Origin: Halocafeteria seosinensis
Lineage: Eukaryota
Reading direction: 5' to 3'
Length of the DNA stretch: 47,364 bases
NCBI GenBank assembly: GCA_001687465.1
Contig: LVLI01000388.1
Span: 62,001 to 109,364 of the forward strand
The position numbers were made by a program, and so were the translations under genes. A model generated the notes under the pieces. It worked only from the letters and a program-made list of their open reading frames with translations, had not been told where the DNA came from and ran no database searches. Every line of letters starts with the position of its first letter. The first letter of the stretch is position 1. Shown piece by piece: positions 26,000 through 37,130 of the stretch.

Positions 26000-27314
26000 A
26001 TGCACGCCAAGTCCTCAGGCAAACCTGAACAGCCCGCCCAATTGAAACGGGCGTGTCGCCCGTGTTCTGCGAGCAAAGTGAAATGCGATAAAGGCCGACC
26101 ATGCAGTGTAAGTGCAGCATAATTCCCTCTCAGCTCAACCCCGTACTGCTAGCTGGTGTTTGCGTGTGCACATGGTGGAGTCATCTCTTATTTTCTACCC
26201 ATGACTGCAGCGGTGCATTGAGCGCAATAAAACGGACGAATGTGTCGATGTACTAACAAAAGCTGAGAAGCGCAGAAGGCAATTATTGGACACGATTTCC
26301 AACTCCGCCTTGTTGGGACAGTACCTACCAGAGTCGTCCCATTCTGAATACTCTTTGTCAGAGTGGGTGTTGGAGTCCCGTGGTATACATGCTGCTTCGA
26401 CAGAAGTACAGACATCGAATACTAGAGTTGCCGAACCGCAGAGCACCAGTATTCATTCAACTCCTCCCTTCTTCCCCCCCGAGCTGGAGGGTCCCCTGAG
26501 CAATGCCAAGGCGATGAATGCATCCCAACCCTGGACTTCCAGTGAAAACACATCACTACCAAGCGAACCTTCTCTATTTTCCAGTGCTGAGAGCTCCACG
26601 ACGGTAAAGTCTGAAGGGGCTGGTGGTATTCCAATACCGCTACGTCCAGAAATACCGTCCAGCTTTCCGTACTGTGGCAATTATTTCGAAACATCCAAGG
26701 GCCGACTTGCAAAGGGAAATGTCGCACAAGCAGATACTCGTAACCGGGGTATGACAGGAAAGCGACAACCATCTCCAACCCTGTATACAGAAGGCCCTCC
26801 ACTCAAACAGGAGCGTTTCTCTTCGCTGAGTATTCCACCTGTGGCTGACACTGGTGATACGAGACCGTTGACAACAGAAAATCGCAGTGAATCTCATGGG
26901 GACTTACGTTTTCCTAGTGTAAATCCGACTGACTGGAAGCAACAGAAAAAGCCACAAGGTCCGACGGATAGCGCTTCAGACATACCTGCCCACAGTGAAA
27001 CGCAAATATCCGTATCGGAGGTCCCCGCTAGTCACGCAATGGTTTCGCAACATGATTCTTCGCACTTTGACGAGTTCTCCAGCTTCCGACCACGGTTCCC
27101 ATCACATGAGGAAAAGCTCTCTCCATTGGATGCTCTGTTTGAAGGTTTTTCGGATATCGATCATCCGCCATTTTTCCAGTCTTTTGATGGAGAGACTGGC
27201 ACGCTTTTCCCTTCAGAGAGAAGGCATTCGTCCGCGAGCAATGGATTTCCTACTCCGAGAGAGAGACTAGATTCGGGCAACTCCGAAGAGCACGAAGGAC
27301 TTCCCGAATGGTAA
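26000..27314 (+). CDS. Zn(II)2Cys6 (Gal4-type) zinc-cluster transcription factor. Exons 26000-26107, 26211-27314 (3' end uncertain)
   Basis: Splicing across GTAAGT..CAG (26108-26210) gives LKRACRPCSASKVKCDKGRPCSRCIERNKTDEC = CX2CX6CX5CX2CX8C. A basic/coiled segment and a Ser/Pro-rich disordered region follow. A possible further donor (GTAAG at 27311) makes the stop uncertain. Confidence 0.88.
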
Positions 27315-28118
27315 GAACCGCAATACAAAAATGGGAGCTTCCTTGTACCAGGACGGTTGAGTTTCCAAAATATCAGGGGGAATTCATACTCCAGCTACTC
27401 CCCTTAGACTCAGAAGTACACATTATACCGGTAATCAAAGAGAGCAGGGAGCATCTTAAGGTCTGGAGGATGTTACCTTTTGTTGTTTGACATCAGGAAC
27501 CCTTTCATCACCAGGACAGTGGAATCCCCCTTCTTTTGGTTTCCCATGAGGTAGGTGCGGGGATTCGAAATAACAATCCCCACTTCGTTGAGTCAGGATC
27601 CTTGAGTATTGAAGGAGCAACCTTTCCGTTTTTCGTGGTAACAGTAGATTCCGCATCCGAAAGTCCGGGACTTATGGGTGCTCCATGGACAGACACTAGG
27701 AGATGGAGGCTTTAGATTTTCATAGTTAGTTTTTTATATATGTTTGCATGTTTTGGTTGATGCCGATATACCCTCACGGTATCCAAGGAATCGACCACTG
27801 GTCGCCGCCTGCGCGCGGTTGACTCCTCCCCTTATGTATACTCTACGGTTCCTCCCTATTCCACCCTCCCATCACTTGACAGCAGTCTCCAAAATTTGCA
27901 TTTTTTGGACAATGAAAAGGCTCATGTGTCAACCAACCACTTCTAACTGAAGTTCTAAGCTCGAGGTTGACTCTCCGAACTTCAACATAACTTCACAAAC
28001 TTCCGTTTGCTGCGGCCGTTAAGTGCATTCTACCTGCTATTAGGGTGTTTATAGTCGCTCCGAGGCGTATATGGGTGACCCTAAGGTGCATGCGAAGATC
28101 GTGGGGAGGAAAGAGACC

Positions 28119-29954
28119 ATGAACGAGGAGTACGAGAAAACGGAAATCTTGCAGGACATTGACTGCAACTTTGCTCGAGCATGCGATCTCTCGGTCAAAG
28201 TGCGTCATAAACTGCAAAGATGGCTCGACCAGACCTTAGGAAACGCTGATCCAAATGCTCAAGTAAGTGTCTTATTCCCTTCCTTGCAGTGCTCTTCTGA
28301 ATGAATCGAGTGGGGTGCAGAAGTGGTCGGAAGCGTTTGCAAGAATTGCTGGAGTAGAAACTTTAAGTAACCAGGCTAACCGGAAGCATTCAACCAAGCA
28401 ACCCAATAGCCATGACAGATCCTCATCGAGCGCATTAGGCGAAATTACGAACACAAACGAGATATCTCATACGGATGAAGGAGGAAACAATGTGAGGAAT
28501 AGTACTCATCTTGATTTTTGAACGAACTGTCGTTGTATAGTATGCTGTGATTTCCCCGCTTCAGGAGAATGAGGAGAAGGATTTAGAGTTAGACAGCCCT
28601 GAGATACAACTTAAATCGACTAAATTACTCACGTCTGTAGAGGACGAAGACCAAGAGACAACTCATCCTCCGAGCTCGAGTGCGGCTGCGGGGGAACCAT
28701 ACTGTGGAGACTTTTTATCGAGTCCCAATTTAGACTTGAAGACGAAAGCTCACCTACTAGGATCGGAAGGAGAAAAAAAAGAACTAGACGCTGACATTTC
28801 CCCCATTCGATATGTCCCTGAAGAAGGCGAAGGCTCTACACCGGACGATCGTGGTCGCTCTCAAGGCGGAGGAGCACAACTTCACCAACACAGCTTCAAT
28901 AAAGACCGTATGGCAAACACCCCTGGAAACGATTCGGTGCATTCATCAGATTTCGAGATGAGCACGGGGAAACCTCAGAAAGCGTCGTCACGACACCGGC
29001 GACAACGGAATGATGACGATGTCGTCAACAGCCCGTCTATAGAGAGCCCTGACACTTCCAGATCTTTATCGCGATTTTCGCTAGACTATTTAGAGTCCGC
29101 TGGTTATCAGCAGCACGAACATCAGCAAGCAGAAAATTCGGCTTCTCAAGAGGAAGGCGCCGGTGACAGTAGTAGCCGTTATGAGTCAAGTGCTACCGGT
29201 AACGCTGCCTTTGGATGTTTCCAGGCATCTTGCGAAAGTACTGGCGACCTTAAGAAGCGTATGGCAGAAAGCGGAGGTAAGCCGATTAATGACAAAGAAT
29301 AGAGCGCTTCTCTTTAGTTCAGGAATATAATTAGTAGTTTTTGTGGTAAACAGTGGAAGAACACGCCGCTCCCAGTAAGCGATGCAAATCAGAGGAAACG
29401 GATCCAGAAAGCGATGATGATTTCTTTGAGGGCAACGATGAATTGCCCGTTCCAGATTTCGATCTATCCCTCTTTCCAAAGGTGCGGATAATAGCATCAT
29501 TTTTCCCTCTAGGTAAAGAAAATTGGCCAAATTCGAGGTTTGGTATGCAAGCGCAGGTATTTCAATCTGGCAAAGCTGCTCATCAGCTCGTCGCTGTTTG
29601 GAGTCAATTCGTGGCATCTGAACCACTAGGTGGAGATGCTTTTACAGGTGAAACTGAAGAACCAGAATGCTTGGTAAGTCTATTTGTCGACGACACAAAC
29701 TTCCTATAATACTGTATTCGATTACATTCTTCCTCCAGGATATGAAGGAACTGCGACGACGCGTGCCGGATGTATCAGAAGGCAAGATGAAGATTCTTCT
29801 GGACACTCTTGTATCCGTCGGTTTGCTCCGCTGCATTCGCTGCCGCACATCCGCATTTAATTCCTCCTCTTCTTCCAAAAGGACTAGCGACAGTGATACT
29901 CCTGGGATACACCTGTATTGGAAGCGCCGCACTAACGCTTCCACCCTCTCCTAG
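28119..29954 (+). CDS. Probable DASH/Dam1 complex subunit Ask1-like protein with C-terminal winged-helix-like domain. Exons 28119(or 28071)-28262, 28321-28491, 28541-29276, 29354-29481, 29557-29673, 29739-29954
   Basis: Five GT..AG introns (49-77 nt) join into one frame. N-terminal ILQDIDCNFARACDL...QKWSEAFARIAGV resembles the Ask1 consensus as I recall it (LQEIDxNFSRAHxI...KFWKQFFEASANV). The middle is disordered and SP/TP-rich; the C-terminus reads FDLSLFPKVFQSG...ELRRRVP..KMKILLDTLVSVGLL. Confidence 0.6.
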
Positions 29955-30093
29955 TAACTGTCACATTCAATTTCTGCAAAATAAAATTAAAATGGTACTA
30001 CATATCTGTAATCCTATGGATTGATTTAGTTATTTATTTAAAAATAAATCGAGCAAGTACCGGTATTTAGTGTGTGTTTTGTGGTAAATCAAG

Positions 30094-31606
30094 ATGAGCA
30101 GCAGTGAATTCACCTTTCGCCAAGTGTATGAGCACGAGTTAAGCGAATGGGGCGCCTTATGTGGGAAAGCGTTCGCCCACCGTTCCGGTACGTCTTGTTG
30201 ATCTTCGTGGATGCACATGTATGCGTGTGTGTGTGTGTGTGTGCAATAATAATGGAGGTGTGGGCCCCCCTCCTCAGGTCGTCCGGAGCGCTTCCTGGAA
30301 AAGTATCTGGCCGATCCTACGCGTTCCCTGGAGGGTTTACGCGTCGCAGTGTCCATGGATGGGCGTCTCGCTTCTACGGTAGGTGCTGCAGAGTGTACTC
30401 GAGGCGGGAATGGTACTTACTGGTTCATTTGTGTGTATTTTGCAGGTGCGCGTCTTTGCGCGCTCGATGCGCTTCGGACAGGATATTGTCCCCGTGGGTG
30501 GAATTGGGGAGGTCTGCACAGACCCTGCATTTCGAGGCAAGGGGCTAGCCAAGCGCGTCATGAATGACGCGTTGGACTACATTGACAATGTGCAGAAAGC
30601 TTGGGTTTCGGTCCTGGACTCGGCGGATGGCCTCGAACAATATTATGGGTCATTTGGGTATGTGGCACCACTTGAGGGGAAAGACAGACAAAGGTGCAAA
30701 TAAGCATTTGGTGTTTGCTGGAAACGCAGGTATCGGTCCGTGCCACTTTACTATTCGATGCTGAGGATACCTGTCTCAGGAACCGGGATGGCTCAACCCG
30801 TATCAAGTTCCATGGCCTCTTCCTCGGGCACCAGAAGTGACAGGACATCCTCGCCTCAGGTGGAAAAAACAAACAGAAGATTAGCCCATCTATGGCGCTC
30901 TGTAATGGGAGGGGGCGATGGAAGCGATGCAAGTGCCAATTCTAGTGCTGCTCAAACTGCCCCTGGAAGTGAATCTTCTACGGTATATGAAGCCACAGCC
31001 AAAGAGCTTGGAGATCAGAAAGTGGTTATCAGGAAAGTCGATATCAGCGAACATGTTTTCGATCTTTCTACTTTGTACGATGCTTATAGTGAAGGCTTTT
31101 ATGGTGTCCTTATGAGGAGTCATGCGTATTGGAGGGAGTTCGTGTCCTATAAATTAGGCGAGAATGGAATATGGGCTGCCTTTGCTCCCAATGAATCTGA
31201 TGGAACAGAATCGATGATCGCCTATATTGCCGTTACAGAGAAACGTGGTAGCATCAAGATAGCGGAGTACGGTTGCAAGAAGTCGCTACAAAATAGCAGT
31301 AATCTGTTTGAAACACTAGCGCGAGTAGGAGTCGTCAATGTTAAGGGGATTGACAAGATTGCATGCGATCAAGAGGGCGAAACAGTAGACGTCGAGTGTC
31401 CGAAGCCAGTATTGGCTCGACTCAACAGTTTGGACCTTCCAGTTACAACAGAAACTACGGTTGGATCATGGATGTACAGGCTTCACCCGCGAGTACAGGA
31501 GGCGAAAGTGTCACGAAAAGCAGTGCATCCTTCTGAGTACATTAACAAGTTGAGTGAAGCCGCTGAAGACATGAGACACGTGGTGTGGTTCACGGATAAG
31601 TTCTAA
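30094..31606 (+). CDS. GNAT-family N-acetyltransferase, Eis-like. Exons 30094-30187, 30278-30378, 30446-30657, 30730-31606
   Basis: Spliced protein contains GGIGEVCTDPAFRGKGLAKRVM (acetyl-CoA motif A) and YYGSFGY. A second GNAT-like half (LMRSHAYW, AYIAV, IAEYG) follows a Ser-rich insertion. Confidence 0.85.
30225..30243. repeat. (GT)9 microsatellite in GNAT intron 1
   Basis: GTGTGTGTGTGTGTGTGTG read directly. Confidence 0.9.
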
Positions 31607-31627
31607 TGACTCCTAACAAGTGCTAAC

Positions 31628-34600
31628 TTATTTAGCTTGATACCAAGTATCTGCAGCTTGTGCATCTACGAGCAGATCCACCAGAAGCGGCTGTGTGAAA
31701 GGGTGCTTCATGTTCTTCATTAGCTCCTCCATAGCCTCATCGACAGTAGATTCTGGTCCTTCCATGATAACCTGTAGAATGAAAAATCTTGGGAATTTTG
31801 CCAAACAAAAACTACCAAAAGATGCAAATATAATTCGCTTACCTCGTCGTGGATTTGAAGCAACATTTTCCATCCAAGTTCCTGTAGTTTCTTGTTTTCA
31901 GAAATGTTCAACATTGCCATCATGACCACATCCGCCGCACCCCCTGCACCAATGAAAAATGACTAATACTCACACATGTAAAACAAACAGCCCTTTTAGC
32001 GATTCGTACCTTGTATTGGGGTATTGATAGCTGCACGTTCGGCGTGGCCTCTAGCTCGAAAGTTCCTATTGTTAATGTCCGGTAGACTTCGATATCTCCC
32101 CATTAGTGTCCGGGTTGCATTTTCCTTCCTCGCGTTCTCAAGTACATTTGCTTGCCATTCGCGCACTTCTGGTCTGTCGGCATACCATTTTTCTACAATT
32201 TCCTTCGCCTCTTGAACGCTGACACCAAAGTCCTTGGAGAGACCGGTTGCAGTCTTCCCATACGCTATGCTGAAATTCAGAATCTTCGCAGCTCGCCTTT
32301 CTGAAGCGAAGCTGGAACGAGAGAAAACCAAAAGCGAATACATCGGCGGAATTATAAGTGCCACATCTTTCATACAATACATCCGACTTACACATTCTTG
32401 AGAACAGGTGCATTGGCTTCCCCCTTGTCCTCGTCCCATTCAAGGAGCACTTCTCCTTTATCTACTTTATCACGGATATAGTCATACATGCCCATAGCGG
32501 TTCTACTATGGAAATCACCACCAGACTTGAATGCATCAATCATGCTCTTACATCCCGTCTGCGAGGCAACAAACTGGTATGGTATGTTTTTGAACCAATT
32601 ATATGTAGAAAGCAACATACCATGTGAGCTAGAATTCTGAGTTCCAGTTGTCCGTAGTCTGCTACAATGAGCTTACAACCCTTTTTGGCACGGAACGCTT
32701 CCCGTACTTTGTAACGATCCTTTTCCAAAGCAGGTTGATTTTGGAGGTTCGGCCTTCGAGCGCTCAAACGTCCGGTTTCCGTGTTCAGATTCAGAGAGCA
32801 GTGGACTCGTCCTTCCTCATCAACCATTTGCTGAAGCGGGACGATAAAGTTGGACAACATAGTATCTATGGCACTTATATCGTACCTGCAAACCACACGA
32901 TTGCTACACAATAGCTTTGACTGCGACACAAAGATAAAATAACCTACAAACATGCAATCGCTTTGCAAGCCTCAGCCCCCTCTTTTCCGCCGCCAAAGTG
33001 GTTAAAAGCCAAACCGTAACTTGGATTTTCTCCAAAAGGCTGTCCTGCTAGTTTTTTCAAAACAGTAGAGCTTACGGCAGGCCATCCATTTGCGGTTCTA
33101 GAGACGGGTGGAATCCCCAACCCTACTAAAGTTATATCACGCATTTTCTTCGGTTTCTTTTTTCCCGGTTCAATGTATTCTTCGATGTTTTCAACTTTAA
33201 AGTTTCTGTTGGAACGTACAAGGCAGAGCAAGTACTTTTTAAACAATTGCACGGCCAATAAAGAGGAATGCATACCTTTCTCGGGGCCAGTAGTTTCCCT
33301 CTCTTCCCTTCAACGCTATAGTCCCTTCATCGGGCTCTACTTCATCTAGATCGTGAAACACTTCCATGGCATCTTTGAGAGCACTGGATTGATCTATCCC
33401 CTCATCATCCAGTTCACCCTCCTTTGGTTCAACTTTTTTCGGAGGAAACTCCACTAGCGTTCGTTCTGCTCCTTTGGCACGGGTCTTCTTATAAGCTGGA
33501 GCAAACAATAAGTGAGCTCGTTGAACATCGCTCGAGACGTTCATTCTTTTCACATCAGGGCAATACTGTGAGGCCCAAGCGACGAATGCCTTTTCTGCTT
33601 TTTCACGCTCTTCCCTCGCCTGTTCCTCGGCTTTCGGCAAGTGCTCCTTCGTGTCTACCTGTCATACGCAAAGAACAGTTATCAACAATAACCAGTACTA
33701 AGATACATACTGCATTCATACCTCTATTCCTACTCGCTCCATATCAGTAAGCACTTCTGCGAACGGGACCCAGTATCTTCGGTAAAACTCCCACATAGAT
33801 TGGTCCCGTATCCATGGTATCGCGGAGAGTAACTTCTTCAGCTTAACATAAATCATCCATGTCGACTCAGCATCGTAAGTGCTGTACTCCGCAACCGTAG
33901 ACACAACATTTATGTCCTCAAAAGTCAATGCAATAAGCGTCTCGCAAAGAGTCCATACCTATAGTTGATCCAGGCTGACCTCCAGTAAGGCTCCGTTTGC
34001 AAGTGCTCGACGGGAGGTATGTAGGTCTCCTTGCCGGGAGTGCCATCTTTTTTCAGTTTTGGAACAGCAAACAATTCCTTCATAGGTGTCTTTCTGCTTT
34101 CCCATAAGATTTACTAAGGGCAATAATGCCTTTCTTCTCTACAAAAGGCACACATACTTTTTCTTCAGCAAATCCTTCGTGAGTGTTTCCAGACTGTAGC
34201 CACCTTGTTTTGAGCGAGCTGTGTCCCATAGTCTAGCCATGTGCATTGTGTCCGCTTGCAAACCTTTACATGCGATCCCATGATTGTTCAGCACATGACG
34301 ATCAAAACTGTAATTATGCCACACCTGTCGAGTGGAAATCAGCCGCGTGAGTACACTTACTAGTAGTAAGTAGAAACAGGACAACGTACTTTCATGATTT
34401 TGTCGCTGTCGAAGACACCCTTAAATAAATCGAGCACTCCTTGGCTGTCTCCTAAATTGTCAATCCACAAGCAAGAGGAGCCTTTCCCATCAAAGTCAAT
34501 AGTGGGACCACCGTAGATGGAAGCACAAATGACTTCGCCATTGCCTACTGGGCTTTCCTTGCTAGCATCAATGTGCGCCACTTCGGTGTCACAGGCAAAG

Positions 34601-34950
34601 ACGGTATCCTCTGGCGCAGAATAAATGATGTCCAATACGCGCAAAGCCTCCTCCTTGGTCTGAACGACGCAAATGCCTTCCAAATTGGCATCTTGAATGA
34701 TTTGATCACGCGTCGATTTTGTGCCAGTATCTTCGCCCGTGTCAGCCGCAATGGCGCTGTTCAAGCGCCTAGCAAGAAGGGCGCCGCCTTGTGTATACTT
34801 CGGGGCACTCAACACCTTCGAGTGCAGTAAATGGAAAGCTCTGGTAGCTCTAGTAGCGCATGGATTCCATCCTAGCAGCGACATTGAAGGTCGCTGAGGG
34901 CGAAGTTTTTCCACCCATTTCCCCGTTTTGCGTCGCAGTAATACCGCCAT
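31628..34950 (-). CDS. Organellar family-A DNA polymerase (POP / plant PolI-like), multi-exon
   Basis: Arg/Leu/Ser-rich presequence. 3'-5' exonuclease motifs ACDTE, VWHNYSFDRHV, ADTMHMARLWD, WINYSTYDAESTW. Polymerase motifs LNLNTETGRLSARRPNLQNQP, ADYGQLELRILAH (A), ERRAAKILNFSIAYG (B), ERAAINTPIQG, LLQIHDEV (C). Ends ADTWYQAK*. Confidence 0.93.
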
Positions 34951-35032
34951 TTTCCATTCAGAGCAAATTTAGGTACTCACAATTCAAAATCTGTAGATGG
35001 ACCTATTCCTAGTGCACGGCTTTATATCAAGG

Positions 35033-35500
35033 TCACCCAACTTCAGAGGTTCCCAAGTAGGCAAGTCTTAGGATGAACAGCCGCAGATTGCGTGCAGACT
35101 CAATTGAAGATTATATATAACACGTTCAAAAGATTGGGATCGTTTCTGGAGGGACCCGAAATCGCTTTCAGCGATATTTACGATGGAAACTAACCACAAT
35201 TACAATGAAACCAGAGTACAGTTAAAACCCCCGTATAGATTCCTTGTTAAATTAGTAAAGAAAAACGAATTCCATGTATTCCCGCTCAAAACAGGCAAGA
35301 CAGTCATTCGAACTGCTGAACATCGACGAACAGAGATCCATACTGATTGGTCCGATACCCTTCGGGAATCAGATCGATGGGCACTTGAGCCCACATTTAT
35401 ATTAAGTTCACGGTAACTGTTCACCCAACTTCAGAGGCTGGTGAGTCTCAATAGCGACCTTAGGCTCTGTTGCTGCGTTGCCGGCGCACTGAATTGAAGA
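35033..35500. repeat. Pair of diverged ~80-bp direct repeats (35033-35110 and 35421-35500)
   Basis: Both copies read TCACCCAACTTCAGAGG (17/17 identical) ... CTTAGG ... TTGC ... ACT(C/G)AATTGAAGA, with divergent spacers of similar length. Confidence 0.7.
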
Positions 35501-36199
35501 GCAACTGGGGATACGCAAATTCCCGTAGTGAAATCCGTAGTGGAATCCCGCCGCCGGAAGTGATTGATGGGAAAATCTCTGCAGCGACTTCAACTCTCCG
35601 TTGCCTTTCCACTTAACGAAAGATTGCCCGGTTGTATTTTCCGAATGTGCATTTTTGTAGAGAGGACCTGGAAATGTTAGAGAAGATAAGCCGCACTTCC
35701 ATCTTCATGCCCAGTTGAGCTGCAATTTGCGAGACGACAATGCTACACGCTATCACGCTTCCTACTTTAGCGAACTTGTGGATTTGGTACTGTATTATTG
35801 ATGATATGCTTTATTCGTTGTCATCTGGCGAGCAAAAGCCTCTCCCAAATACCGTCGGCCATTGCGAGTACAGTTGTTTAGACACAGAAATCGCAAAAGA
35901 ATTACCGGGACGGCCATACGTTTAATGCTCAGGACTATACAGCACGAAGATCAGCCAAAAAACTTCCCCTGGTTGCGAAAATCAATACTCCCGTGGTACA
36001 ACCACTTAGTGGGAGTACAGGCACTGCAGGTGGTTAGTCTCCCTACCACCTAGAAAAAATTTCAAAAATACCCCTTTTCTATTTTCAACTTTCAAAAATG
36101 CCCCCCTCCAGCTACCGGTGTGTATTGGTATTGCTCTTACCGGAAGACGTGTCTGCCACAGGCTACGTGAGGGGTGAACCCTACCCGGAACCGGTCCAA

Positions 36200-36570
36200 C
36201 ATCTTCACGTTTGTGGCGCATCGACGTGACTGACAGTTTGGCCGTCATCAGCTTGCGGAAGTTCCGCATCTCCCTTGTTCCCAGCGCGTTCCTGGCAATT
36301 CTCTTGAGGAACTGAATTGCGTCTTCCCCGAAGCCCCCCAATCCCCCGTCGCCTCTATCGCGAACGGGATAATTTCCGTGTTGTGGTCCCTCAGGTGCCC
36401 GTATTTTGTCCGCTTCATCTTCTCCGCTTCTGCCGCGATGGTGGGGGGTCTTCCCGCTGTCCTGGCTAGTCTGTCTCCCGCGAGCGGGTTTTGCACTGTC
36501 ACACTGACGTACAGTGTGCTCGTTGGGCCCGTCTGACCAACGTCGATCCACGAAAATTCCGGTATCCGCG
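36200..36570 (-). mobile_element. Degenerate 3' fragment of an RLE-type non-LTR retrotransposon (CRE/SLACS/R2-like endonuclease domain)
   Basis: Translation LYVSVTVQNPL...AAEAEKMKRTKY...IIPFAIEATG, then after a frameshift near 36345 GFGEDAIQFLKRIA...KLSVTSMR. This matches the typical DVTV..AE..K..KY..PFAxExxG..G..A..FL..LSV C-terminus. No RT domain is visible. Confidence 0.7.
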
Positions 36571-37130
36571 TTTTTCAGGCTCGCGATTTTGCGATTAGCA
36601 GGCAGCCAAGCTTTTCAAACCTGTTTCAGCGAGTGTGAGTATTCACGTTGTTCCTCCGCTACAACTCGGTCTTAAGCTCATCAGCATCCCGGAGACACAC
36701 ACGCACATGTGCATGTCATCCTTGGAGGAATGAACAGTGGTATGATCGTATGGTACTTCTGCAATATCCAAGCTGACGTGTGTCAGAGTTTCGAGATCGC
36801 TAAACGGAACAGAAAGAAAACAATGTTCGCGTTTCTTTCATTCCGTCTGTACCACCGGTACAATTGTATTCTGTGTCTTAGAATCAACCGCTAATACTAA
36901 GATAGTCATATTTGACTCATATGACGCAGGCCCACTGTAGAGAGAATGAAATGAATCAACGACAGTGGTTACCGCCGGTTGAACTGTTTCTCCACCGCGT
37001 CTTGTTACTCGGTCCTTGAGATGCAGCGGAAGCCAGTGCACTACGGATTGTCTCTCATAGTGGGGAGTTTCGCTGATCAGGTTCTTCATGACAGAACATT
37101 TTGAGTTACGGATCGTCTATTCTTAGCATA

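Noticed and set aside
27311..27700. Additional 3' exon for the Zn2Cys6 gene after the GTAAG at 27311
   Set aside because: The candidate acceptor gives an unusually short (~41-nt) intron and downstream frames close quickly, so it is not supportable without RNA data.
35033..35437. 17-bp direct repeat as the target-site duplication of a 371-bp insertion
   Set aside because: Similarity continues ~60 bp beyond the 17-mer in both copies and there is no poly(A) tail or terminal inverted repeat, favouring a duplicated module.
36045..36110. CTAG at ~36050 as a Helitron 3' end
   Set aside because: No GC-rich subterminal hairpin at the expected distance, and the adjacent coding remnant is RLE-like.
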